A DNA stretch of 64,000 nt from assembly GCF_006345805.1 (NCBI RefSeq), contig NC_043001.1, positions 59,210,001 through 59,274,000 on the forward strand, read 5' to 3'. Position numbers and translations under genes: made by a program. Shown in pieces: positions 29,313-42,198 of the stretch (its first letter is position 1; every line of letters starts with the position of its first letter). The notes under the pieces were generated by a model. It was given only the letters and a program-made list of their open reading frames with translations, was not told the DNA's origin and did no database searches. Origin of the DNA: Octopus sinensis (Eukaryota).

Positions 29313-29430
29313 GGTGCCCCAGCATGGCCACAGCTCATAGGCTGGAACTGGAATCAATCAATCAATCATATAAACATTACACACACATGTACATATAGAT
29401 AGATACTGAAATCGTTCGATCGATCGATAT

Positions 29431-29512
<82 letters not shown>

Positions 29513-29513
<1 letters not shown>

Positions 29514-29737
29514 TATTTCTTTATTACTCACAAGGGGCTAAACATAGAGGGGACAAACTAGGACAGACAAAGGGATTAAGTCGATTATATCGACTCCAGT
29601 GCGAAACTGGTAATTTATTTATCGACCCCGAAAGGATGAAAGGCAAAGTCGACCTCGGCGGAATTTGAACTCAGAACGTAACGGCAGACGAAATACAGCT
29701 AAGAATTTCGCCCGGCGCGCTAACGTTTCTGCCAGCT
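29513..29737 (-). mobile_element. Well-preserved tRNA-derived SINE with (TCTA)n tail
   Basis: A-box-like TGGCAGAAACGTTA (29721-29734) and B-box GAGTTCAAATTCC (29660-29672). The 3' end TAATAAAGAAATA runs into the (TCTA)n tract at 29430-29512. Confidence 0.85.
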
Positions 29738-30737
29738 AGATAGATAAGACAGACAGATATTTGATGAAATACGAATAAATATAAATCACACATTGTATAA
29801 AAGCAAAGGCAACGCACACATTCAGAGTGTGGGGGGAGGGGAAAAACGAGATAGAAGAGATTTATGTATCTGGTTTGTATACAAATACATATATATTCAA
29901 TCCATGTATACATTCGCTAAAATAAATATATACACATACACACACACACATTCCCTTGTGCATGTGTATGCATATACAGACATATGTACGAATGTATGTA
30001 AAAGTTTATGCAATATTCGTACGCATTTATTCATGTGTACAAATGCCTAATGTTTCGCCCATTGAGGCAGAAAGGTAAATAGAGAGGATATTACGTTGTA
30101 ATGCCGAAATTTCATTGCAAAATAACCGTAAATTCTCTTGAAAATATTCTTGTCGTTTGCACAATTTCGTTCGACATTTCTTGGCAAATCATTGAACGAT
30201 TAAGCACATCAAGGTGGAAAATATACATAAATTTGGTGTAATACGTGTATATAATTCCCTATATAGATTTTTTTCCCCGCTCTCTAGTACTTTGAAACTC
30301 GAAAAATACACATATACAGTCACTCACACAGAATAATATATTACATTTACTTATATATAAAACCCACAAAACTTAGAAATATATATATAAGATCGTGTGT
30401 GATTGTGTGTAAGTATGCTGTAGGAAGAAGTAATAGCTTCGGTGCTGAGTCTACTACCAATAGGTTATGGTTTCAATTCATGGGCGGAACAATATATTGT
30501 CCTCTTCTTTCCACTCAGCTAAAACTGATTTATGCGATATTTGGGTTTGGTGTAAAATCTACTATGGGGGCTAATCTGATGAAGAGCTTCCTGTAATTAT
30601 AATTTTTTCTATATACTATGGACATTTAGATTGACCTGGGTTGAATGGGCCTGTAGGCTCGAATGAGAATGAAACATCTTAAATGTATATATGTATATTT
30701 ACATATGTGTCTGTGTGTGTATGTGATATATATATAC

Positions 30738-30791
<54 letters not shown>

Positions 30792-30924
30792 AGCAGTTGT
30801 AGTAACCGACTAAGGGATAAAATATCCGTATGTAGTATCCGTATCCGTATCCGGGTAAAGGGTCTGCAGAGACACCCTATACATCTAGCGCAGGGGACAA
30901 TAGGATAAGCAAAAGTTTATCACG

Positions 30925-31842
30925 AACCAATGCAAATAATTAGAAAATGGAGAAACGAATAGATTAACCAGTACATCGATAAGACCTCATTTAAAGTTTG
31001 TTTATTAATGCAAAGCAAGACATAACAAAGCTAATAGCTGTTTCTGACCAAAGTTCCCGGAATGCAGTCTATAAATAAATGCGAGAATAAAATTCTTCAT
31101 CTTCATAGGGTATTCGAATTAAGGCTACCGATCATCACCAGAGTGAAAAACAAGAGCATACAATATAAACAAAAGGGTGAAGCAAGTGTTAAGAAAACAT
31201 GGCTTAGACAAATAGTCTAAAAGCCCAATATGTTAAATGCACATAATTATTTACCATCCGAGCTCAAAGAACGTAGATGAGAGAATGAGCAATTAATGGA
31301 CTAGGGAATACTACAAGTTGTTAACGGAAGGGTGCAGTTATGAGGTGGGAGTCAGGGTGTAAAGGAAGAAGTTATCCAGAATCTCTGTGTAAATAAGATA
31401 CTGATATAATTCTCAAAGGTGAAGCCTATGTTAAACGGAGTAAACTTAAGTAAAGTTTAAAAACATTGTCGTAGGTAACTAAATAAAAAAAATTTTCTCA
31501 CAGGAAATTAAAACCAAGAATCCCCCCTATGGTACACAATGGAGTAAGTCTAAGTCCAGTGGTCTCTACATTGGTCAGTAACATCTTAAAACAATTCACA
31601 AGTTAAAACCGTTGCAAAAGTTTTCTTTATAGATAAATATGAAAAAGAAAGGAAGAAAAAAGGTACAGGGATAAGACAATGAGTAGAAATTAAGAGCCGC
31701 TTATATTCATCAGTCTCTCAACAGAATAATATATGAGAGGGGAACGTAGAGACCAACAATTAAGTGCTTAAGAGGAAGCAACAGGTCACAATGTACTGGT
31801 TAATCAATGCGTTTCTTCGTTTTCTAATTATTTGCATTGGTT
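30925..31842. repeat. 918-bp segment bounded by 54-bp inverted repeats (unclassified element)
   Basis: 30925-30978 matches the reverse complement of 31789-31842 at 49/54 positions. Confidence 0.7.
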
Positions 31843-31864
31843 AATCAGGTTTTTCTCCAATTTC

Positions 31865-31903
<39 letters not shown>

Positions 31904-32092
31904 GAGACAGAGAGGGAGAGAGAATAATATGTACCTAAATACATATCTGCATACAAACAAATGTGCGTGTGTGTGTGTGTTCGTATGTATGTATAACACA
32001 TAAATACATTACATACTGTGTACTTTACATTAACAGTTCCCTGAAGAAGGCTTTCTGAACGCTGTCACCATCGCTCGCTTCAGTTCACGTGC

Positions 32093-32119
32093 CTCCTTCA
32101 GTATAAAGCTTTTCCACAT
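32093..32119 (-). CDS. Candidate 27-nt micro-exon DVESFILKE (GC donor); alternatively a 90-nt terminal exon 32030-32119
   Basis: Acceptor tttccttttactccag|, possible donor GAG|gcacgt; the frame stays open to TAA at 32030. Confidence 0.3.
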
Positions 32120-33764
32120 CCTGGAGTAAAAGGAAATCATAAAATATATTACCACAATTGTTTCATTTCATTGTTCTTCAGCTACACATTTCAGAAACAT
32201 AGAATGTGTCGTGAGAGATAGGTGCCTTATATTTCTCAAAATACTATGGTACAGGATGAACTGAGGATGAGACTATATATTTATACATACCGACTTACAG
32301 ACACACATATGTACACTCACTTACTCACTCACTTACTCACTCACTCACTCACTCACTCACTCACGCACCCCGCCACACACACACACATGGTTTCCTGGGG
32401 TTTCTATTTGTTGTTTTTGAATATATATACGGAAAAAAAATGCACGCACACGTTGCACATATGTACGGTGAGGTTGTGTCTATCTCTTTATATATGCATA
32501 TAGATACATACGTAATCCTTACAGCGATTTGCTTTATTACAGAATGTTTTACCTATCAAGTTAATAAGTGTAGCTAACAGTCAGATCGTGTACCAAGAGT
32601 AGCTTAAAGACGAAGGACGGTTAACTTCTATAAATTCCCGGTAAAATAATGCCAAAAGATCTATGCAATAGCTTTCTTTCAACATAAATTTCCAAAAGAG
32701 AATTCAACTTGATTTTCCAATTTGCTTACAAATATTAGCAATGGGAAAAACATAGAAATAACCATGGGAACTGATATGGTTTAAATTAGTTTGTCAGTTT
32801 GTTTTCACTCAATTTTCTTTGTTCTCTTTCGTTCAGTTTTTTCTATTTTAAATTTTTGTTGGTAACAAAACATGTTCATTGAGAACCATACGAGGAAACT
32901 ACCGTCAAAGTGCATTACAAACTATCCTGTTTTTCTATGGAACCATTACTATCGTTTACATCAAAATTGCCATCATCACCATCTTTAGAGTCGGCAGCAG
33001 CTGGAGTAGCAACCACTATAGCAGCAGTAACGCTGTCGTACTCATTGTTGATGTTTCCTTCCCAGATCATTTTTCGAGGTGAGAAATTATTTCGAACCTA
33101 AACAACAGCTACCTATACAGCTCATCATCAATAAATCATTGTTAAAACATCTGTGATAATACAGCTGCTATAATACAATTACATTATGTTAAACTGAAAG
33201 GGACCAACGACTGGCTATGGAACAATGATTAGAGCCATTGTTACAATTACTACATTAAGTTGTTTTTGTTTCTTTTTTTCTTCGACGCTTCTACTGTGCT
33301 CTTTTCTTCTAATCTATTCTACCAAATTCAGCAGCGTGTATACGTGAGCCTGCTCGATGCATCAACTTCTCATCCAGCTTTCATCTTACGTAACCCATCA
33401 CGTTAAACCCGCACAGAATTTTTTTTTTTCGTTTCATTCGTTTCTCCACAGAATTTCATCTCACTTGCACACTTAGCCTTTTCCTCATTTTCAACCGTGC
33501 ATCACTTTATTGAAGTTTTCACTGAGCATCAAACACATAATTCTAAATACCTTAAATATCGAATTTACTTTCTATTTCTGCGGTGAGTTCCCTGGAATAA
33601 AGAACGATCTCCCGTTGTGTGAATTATTTCCTAGTTCCGGTTAATATGGGCGAAATAAAAGGTAACTTATAAGGCTACAGACAATGGTGAGCTACTTTTG
33701 ATTTTTCACTGCTTCGCTGGCTTGCAGTGCCGTTCTTAAATTTACTTTACATGAACATACATAC

Positions 33765-33781
33765 CAGCAGGGGAGTAAATT
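33765..33781 (-). CDS. Candidate 17-nt micro-exon AATTTACTCCCCTGCTG
   Basis: Strong acceptor ttttccctgctttgttgcag|, donor CTG|gtatgt. Confidence 0.35.
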
Positions 33782-33923
33782 CTGCAACAAAGCAGGGAAA
33801 ATGAAGCAGCAATATGAATACTAGCCCTATCACAATCAGATACATTAAAGTCGCAATCAGCAGTAGCAGCAGTACCAGAAGTCTCAGCAGCAGTAGCAGG
33901 AGCAACAAGAACAGCGATGTTTG

Positions 33924-33957
<34 letters not shown>

Positions 33958-34899
33958 TGCAGCAAAAGCAAGAATTACAACAAACGAAGCAGTAGGAACA
34001 TGACAACAAAAATAACAATAACCACAATACTTTTAATATAAAGTAAAATGTGAAGAAAATATTTGAACAAAACTAATATGAAGCTCCCAGAAAATTACGC
34101 TGATATATAGGTAGAAAGAAAATGGAAAGTACGTAAGAAGATACACAAGAAACTGGCGCAGAAGGAAAACACACGCGCGCACAAACACACACAGTCACAC
34201 ATACAAACACGTACAAGCACACACACACGCACACCACACACATGCATTATATGCACGCGCGCGTGTGTCCACACACATATCGTACAATGTAGTAACGAAT
34301 CCAGTTCATTCTAGAACCTGATTCAGAATTTCAAAAAATTGTTCCCACATTAACTGTATTTAACGACTATGAGCACAAGAATCTATTTCTTAAAAATTGA
34401 GAATTAAAAGACTATTAAAAACCGTATGAGAAGCAATCTTTCGAGAGTTATTAAAATGACGCACAATAATATAATATACTCCAGAACACAAACAAGGGGA
34501 AAGTATTAATAAATAAATATATCAATAACTATTTAAAGTGTGCACTTATGGAATATGTATATAACTAAAGGATATTATAATTAACATTTATATAATAAAT
34601 AGATATAAAATGATAAATATCATTTTTTTTAAACTGTAATACAAAAAGTTTATTGAAATTAATCTTTTAATCAAGTTCATTCTAATTTTCAATATGTGAG
34701 ATATGTGAAGGAAAGGAATTAACAGAACATTCAAAACAAATATTCAAAATTAGCAATCGAAATATTAGATAGATTCTTGCTTACGTTCGGTTGGTTGAAA
34801 GACAACAGGCTTTTGGGAGGGAAGAAGAAAATTAATCGCGTCTATTTTAAAAGGAATAATTGCTTCTCCATAAAACAAGCTTCTAACCTTATTTAGGAC

Positions 34900-35560
34900 T
34901 AATTTTTTAGAAAAATGATGTCGGTCTGTTCTCAGTAGAAAAACAGAAATCAGCAAACGGAGATGTTTTTGAAAAAAAATCATCTAGATTTTAATGCATA
35001 CTCTATACTTCTCGACACTCCAAGTCTTCTGAAATATCTTACTAGGAAAATAGTTCACAACTGAATCGTGTAGATATGTTCTCTCAAAACCAATGAACTC
35101 TTTCCAGGGACAAAATACCCGCCTCGGCTTTTTCATGCTATAGTCCTTTTTTTTTTGTCATTTGAGATCCCTTCATCTAATTTTACTTCTTGCTGCAAAG
35201 ATTCACTCTGTTCCCTATGTAGATTCTTCAGGTCCTCGATGTTCAGTTCTATTGTCTATTTATCAGATAATATTTCTTCATCAATAAGTTTCATATTCTT
35301 AGAACTGCCTAAAACATACGATTTCATCACTTACATATTTCAAACTGATGTGCAGGGAAACATTAAGCTATAATGTTCTTCTAGACAACTTCAAACACTT
35401 TGAAGAAAGCTCTCTTCTATGACTTCACAGTTAAACACATGGCAACAGCATAAGTGGAGTATTTTTTTCCAAATGTCTTTTAGTGTTACTTCAATAGAGG
35501 AAGATGCTTCAAAACGGATTCAATGTATGCTGTTTACGCACTAAAATCACGTATCTTTAT
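34900..35560 (-). mobile_element. Decayed pogo/Tigger-like transposase relic
   Basis: Remnant peptides EVTLKDIWKKYS and ELNIEDLKNLHREQ...HDSVVNYF resemble the pogo/Tigger C-terminal region; many stops; no TIRs found. Confidence 0.4.
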
Positions 35561-36163
35561 CTCGAAACTTATAATCGGACGGTGAAACAGAATACGAAAA
35601 TCCTATCTTTGAAATGTTAGCATATTGTTTTAAATATCACAAAAGGTACAAAATATCCATTCTTTCATTCTTTCTCATTTACACTTATGCGCTCTAGTCT
35701 AAGTGAAGCAAAACCAGTTCTCTATTATATTTCATATAAAAAAAAAGCCAAAAACAAAACAAAAAATGAGTGATTGCTTAATGAATACCTCCACTCCAAT
35801 TGAAAGCTCAATGACGTATATTTAAAATGTACAATAAGCGAATTCGTAGGCCATTATATCTGAATATTTTAGAAATATAATTAAGTGATAGTAAGTATTC
35901 TTAATATTTTAATGTTATTTTGTTCTCTGGAATTGTTAAGAATCGAAAGATGAAACACGAAATACATAAAATTGATTGGCAGGAATGCGCTTCTTATTAA
36001 TTCAAGCCTTAAACATTTTAAATGATACTTTAAATAAGAAGGAATATAGGGAGATACCAAACAATATAATTTTTTTTTACTGTAGTCAAATTAAATTTGT
36101 AAATATTTATATCAATAGTCTACAGCATCTATAGTATTACGACAGAAGTATCGTATCTCACTC

Positions 36164-36197
<34 letters not shown>

Positions 36198-36279
36198 TTC
36201 TCTCTCTCTCACTCTCTCTCTCTTTCTCATTCTCTCTCTCCCTCACACTCACATACACATATATTTGAATGCGGCATAG

Positions 36280-36450
36280 TGGAGCACCGCCTGAAATGGA
36301 TTTGGTCGAAGAAATCGACTCCAGGACTTATTCTTTGTTAACCTAGTACTTATTCTATAGCTCTCTTTTGCCGAATCGCTAAGTACGGGGAGATAAACAC
36401 ACCATCATCGGTTGTGAAGTGATGGTGGGGGACAAACACAGACAAACACA
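36280..36450 (-). mobile_element. SINE fragment
   Basis: Inverted copy of the gtttgtcccccaccatc...ccgatg...ttagcgattcggcaaaag...ggtgctcca body. Confidence 0.6.
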
Positions 36451-36789
36451 CACACACACGAATATACATACATACATACATATATGTATATATATACATA
36501 CATACATATATGTATATATATATATATATTCCCTCAAATAATTATTGTATATATATATATGAAATACTGTTATCATTAAGTTTGCAAACGGAGAGATCCA
36601 ATGGTACAAATTAATTTATTAATCGATTTAACATCTTCACCTACAATTATTTCATTTCGCATCCAATTTAAACTACAAATCATATATAAATATATAAGCT
36701 TGCATTTCAAAATAACTTGGCTGGAAAATCATCAGAGCATGCAAATTGACAATACATTATGATCTGTTAAAATACTCCAATAGACTCCA

Positions 36790-36820
<31 letters not shown>

Positions 36821-36849
36821 GATATATACATATATATATATGACGCATG

Positions 36850-37010
36850 AAGGGGCTTTGCTCAGTGATTAGATCGTTGGTCTCAAAATCATGAGGAAGA
36901 GAGTTCGATTCTTGGAACGAGCTCTATGTTGTGTTCTTTAGCAAGACACTTTATTTTACGTTACTCCAGTCCACTCAACTGTAGAAATGAGTTACGACGT
37001 CACTGGTCAA
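36850..37010 (+). mobile_element. tRNA-derived SINE 5' part
   Basis: A-box-like gctcagtgattag, B-box gagttcgattc, then the gcaagacacttt...ccactcaactg body. Confidence 0.6.
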
Positions 37011-37354
37011 AAAATATAAGTTTTCTGGAGGCAGAATAACGACACAGTTATTTTGCAAGCCCAAAATTAAATGACATGAAGAACTCTGAGACAAGGCGAG
37101 TAAGTACCGTGGGTGGGAAGAAAAAGAAAGAACTACTACTCGATCCTTCTCGAACTCCCTGAATGAAAATGTAAACACCTGAAAGACTTTTACTTTATTC
37201 ATTACTAAATGTCTTTCCCTCTTCTTCATTGTTAAAAGTAAAGAAGCTAGAAAAGATCGATGGTATTTCAGTCTAATTGTCGTTGTAAATGACTAGGCTT
37301 TCCTTTCTCTGTCTCTATCACATCACTCCTTTTCTCTGCGGTTAAGAAAGTGAA

Positions 37355-37670
37355 GGTTTGTGGCTCAGTAGTTAGAGGCATTCGGCCCACAATCGTAAAG
37401 TCATGAGTACGATTCTCGGCGGCGCGATGTGCTTTTGAGCAATTTACTCTACTTCACTTTGCTGCAGTCCACTCAGCTAGCAAACATGAGTTGTAGCTGT
37501 AATTCAAATGGGGCCAGCCTTGTCACACTCTGTGTGAGGCTGAATCTCCCTGATAACTACCCTATGGTATGGAAGTCTGTGGAGTACTCAGCCACTTGCG
37601 CGTTAATTTTACGAGTAGACTGTTTGATTGATAAGATAAACAGGAACCTTGTCGTCTTTACCGACGGATT
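37355..37670 (+). mobile_element. tRNA-derived SINE
   Basis: tggctcagtagttag head and body gccagccttgtcacactctgtg...ctgtggagtactcagccacttg; a second partial copy lies at ~37975-38125. Confidence 0.6.
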
Positions 37671-39019
37671 ACCATTTTTAAAAAGATTGAAAGAAAAAGT
37701 TCCAAATCGTAATGCAAAAATGTCATGTGTTTAGGATAAGCAATGAAAGCTAAGACAAAATAATTGCTATTCCGTCATGTAGCGACTTTGTCTTCGACTC
37801 ACGCTGAGTTTGATAACAACAGCCTGCGCATCAGTTTTTATCTGGTGGCTTGGCCTCCAGATCTGTGAGACCCATGAATGCCGCTGTTAGGACCGCATGA
37901 ATACCCATAGTGACCATAACGACTAAAAAAATTTCCTTCCCTTATATAGAATCGTTTTTTCGTTCTTTTTCCAACCACCTGCTCCAGTCTACTCAGCTGG
38001 TCAGAATGAATTGTAGATATAATTCAAAGGAGCCAGCCTTGTCATATTCTGTGTAAGGTTGAACTTATCGGAGAACTACATTAATGGTGTGCATGTCTGT
38101 GGAGTAGTCAGCCAGTTGTGGTAATGAAAAATGAAAGTGACAACTAATATTTGCTGTAGTTTTTTGTCTTTGATTTAAAAATGTGTCTGTGTATCTATGT
38201 ATCAATTTTTCTTTGGATCTATGTATCTACATTTCTTGCGATGCAGGTACAGGTCTACTCTGAAAATACTGATAAACATTGAAAAACACAAAAGGAACGC
38301 CACTTTCTTTTCAGTCACCACTCACTGTCTCTCTCACTCTCTCTCTTTCTGTGTATGCATCTATGTGTATGTGTATATGTGTGTATGTATTTATGTGTAT
38401 GTATATGTGTGTGTTTTTCTTTCGATGTATACATCAGTCTACTCTCAACATACTGATAAACATGTAACCCACACCTTCCTTTCAGTCAACACTTACTTCT
38501 CTTACACTGTTTTTCTTTCACTCTCCCTTCCTCTATGTCCTCCTCTCCCGCTTTGCCACTCACTTCAAGTATACCCCTTCTGCTTAACACCTATTATTTC
38601 TCTTTTATTTGTACTTTTCCCTTCAACATTCTATCCCTGTCTTTGAAGTAAGTGTGGCACACACCACATGTACGTACGTACAAAAACAAAAAGATAGCGT
38701 ATTAATATTATTGAATATTATTTAATTTCCAAATGCATGGTTGTTACAGATAAGAGATGTTAAAGCATGACTGAAATTTTGGGGAGGGTAAGTGACAGGG
38801 ACAGTTGCGAAATATGTTCCTGTAAAAAAACACATATATTTAAATTTATAGGGCCTTTTCTCAGGATGTGGGCAGTACTTGTCAGCAAAATCTTTTGAAT
38901 TTCTCTGAGACATGGTTCTCCTCATAGTACCAGCGCACAATTTACAGTTACTTACATTTTTTATATTTTCCGTGAAGTTTTCACGGTTCCAGCTAGTAAT
39001 AATTTTAATAAAAATAATA

Positions 39020-39620
<601 letters not shown>

Positions 39621-40125
39621 TGTTATGATTCAGTGCGATCGTGAGATTGAGAATAGGAAGCCGGACAGATGTTATGATTCAGTGCGATCGTGAGATTGAG
39701 AATAGGAAGCCGGACAGATGTTATGATTCAGTGCGACCATGAGATTGAAAATAGGAAGCCGGACAGTCATACTTGAAAAACAAAACAATGCTGGATCATA
39801 GATATAGCATGCCCAGCTGACAACAAGATATGCGATAAGGAAGATAGAAAAGTCAAGAGATATGACAGGCTAGCTTGTGAAGTTAAGCAGTTGTGGTCGA
39901 TGAAAAAGGTAGCAGTAGTACCAATAATTGTCGGAGCCCTGGGAACAGTGAGCAAAAATTTCGAGAAGTACGTGGAACAAATAGGGGTTGCAATAAGGGT
40001 GGAGCATTTGCAGAAAATTGCACTGTTTGGAACTGCTTGAATACTCCGGAAGGTGCTCGAAAAATGAGAGGTAGTGAACAGCTGACACTGTAGTACATCT
40101 TCAGCGTTAGATGCGCAAAAGCAAT
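39621..40125 (+). mobile_element. 3' stub of an R4/Dong-like element (RLE C-terminus) with a 49-bp triplication at its 5' end
   Basis: QCDHEIENRKPD...WIIDIACP...RYDRLACEVKQLW.MKKVAVVPIIVGALGTVSK; followed by aataaa and (CAA)n/(TAA)n. Confidence 0.8.
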
Positions 40126-40234
40126 AAATAACAACAACAACAACAACAACAACAACAATAATAATAATAGTTTTCATCATCATCTCCATCATCATCACCA
40201 TCATCATCATCATCATAATCATTATTATTCTGAA

Positions 40235-40570
40235 AGACTCAGATAGTTCTTAATTACTAGTTATTCTTTACTTGAAAGCGAGCATTAACAAATCACTAAA
40301 CGTTTCAAGTAGTGCCATCTCCTGTAACTGAAAGAGACAATGCTCTCCTGCTCTCCTTAGAATGCAAGCTGTACCCAACAATGCTATCTTCTGGATCACC
40401 TCGAGCCTAACAGTAGCTCTAATATTCTTAATTTGTTTTTTAAATCCCTTGGAAACTGTTCCTAATGCTCTAATTACCACCGATATCGCCATTGCTTTCC
40501 TCATACCCCATAACTTTCCTATTTCGTCCCGCAGCGGCTGGTATTTCGCAATTTTTTTCTTTTTCCTTAC
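40235..40570 (-). mobile_element. 3' stub of another R4/Dong-like element, tail-to-tail with the previous stub
   Basis: KIAKYQPLRDEIGKLWGMRKAMAISVVIRALGTVSKGF...LQ/IQKIALLGTACILRR; flanked by ATT/TAA repeats. Confidence 0.78.
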
Positions 40571-40668
40571 ATTTCACCCTCGAATCGCCTTGTATTGCCA
40601 CGTCTGTTATCTTTACCTATTATTTTTGTTGTTGTTATTACTATTATTATTATTATTATCATTATCAA

Positions 40669-40717
<49 letters not shown>

Positions 40718-40718
40718 T

Positions 40719-40794
<76 letters not shown>

Positions 40795-41294
40795 AATAAA
40801 TAAACAAATGAATATTCGAGTCGAAAATTTGTCGGTGACAGACTCGAATCTTTAAATGGATACCTCCGAAATTGCACAAAATAAAAGGAGACTACACGTC
40901 TCACTCCAAACCTATGTTCACTCTACAGTGGTAGTCGTTCTTTGAACTCTATGCACACGTTATATCGGTAGCATATAGATGAAATAACTATTATACAAAG
41001 ATGAGGCACATCAATGAGCCGAGATTGTGGTCATTAGGATATACTCTGGTGTATAATGAAGCATTGCATTTTTAGACAAGTGTAAGATGATACGGATACG
41101 GCGATGGTGATTTTAGAGACGCGAGAGAAAAGTTCTTTTGTATTTATAAAGTGTATCCTTTGATGCCAGGCTGACTAACCATTGTGATTATCGCTCAAAC
41201 ACGCACACACACTTACGCGCACACAGATATATGCACATATGTGTGCGTGTGTGTGTGTTTGTATGTGTGTATAAACATTTATATATACATGTGT

Positions 41295-41968
41295 GAGTGT
41301 GTGTGTGTGTCTTTGTCTTTGTGCTTCATCACTGCTTGACAGCAGTGTTGGTTTACTACGTCCCCGTAACGTAACAGTTCGGCAAAAAAGAAGCGATAGA
41401 AGATATATATCAGGATTGATCTATTTAACTAAATATTTCAAGGCGGTACCCCAGCATGACCACAGCCGAATGACTGAATGAAATATGAAAGATAATGATT
41501 CTTCTATCTACGCTGGTTTACACACGCAGACATCACACATATGTATGTCTACATATCTGTGTGTGGATGTGTGGATGTGTGAGTTCATGTTTGTATATCT
41601 ATTTGTATACTTCGGAATATTGTTATCAACGTGTTTTTGATACAGAAACAGAGTCTGTCCTTAACATCCTCAAATGATAACAATAATCGGTACACGCACA
41701 TATAAATGGATTCATTCATACGTACATACGAAACATACATACATATAAAAAGAGATAGACAGAGAGAAAGGGAGAGGGAGAGAGTAAGCTTTAAGTGGAT
41801 AGCAGTACGAATCGTAATACAGTGTACAATATGAAAGAGAAATAGAATAGTAAAGAACGAGTTTCATTGCTACTGTTTCCATTATAAATCCCCTTCCAAT
41901 CTCACCACTGTTTCTTTTCATCATGTGACTTACTATTTAAAGTTTTATAATATCTCTTTCCTTCCTCA

Positions 41969-42001
<33 letters not shown>

Positions 42002-42057
42002 TTCTTTTTCTCTCCCTTTCTCTGTCTTCTCTCTCAGTCTCTCTATCTATCTATCTA

Positions 42058-42103
<46 letters not shown>

Positions 42104-42162
42104 CTCACACATATGCATACACACACAAACACACACACACATATATATATGCATATATATGT

Positions 42163-42198
<36 letters not shown>

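Noticed and set aside
29650-29737. tRNA genes at A/B-box motifs (also 36850 and 37355)
   Set aside because: No cloverleaf; the boxes are followed by SINE bodies and tails.
37807-37866. Minus-strand 60-nt exon candidate IWRPSHQIKTDAQAVVIKLS with gtgagt donor
   Set aside because: Weak acceptor, and splicing it to the 17-nt candidate introduces a stop; not supportable without RNA data.
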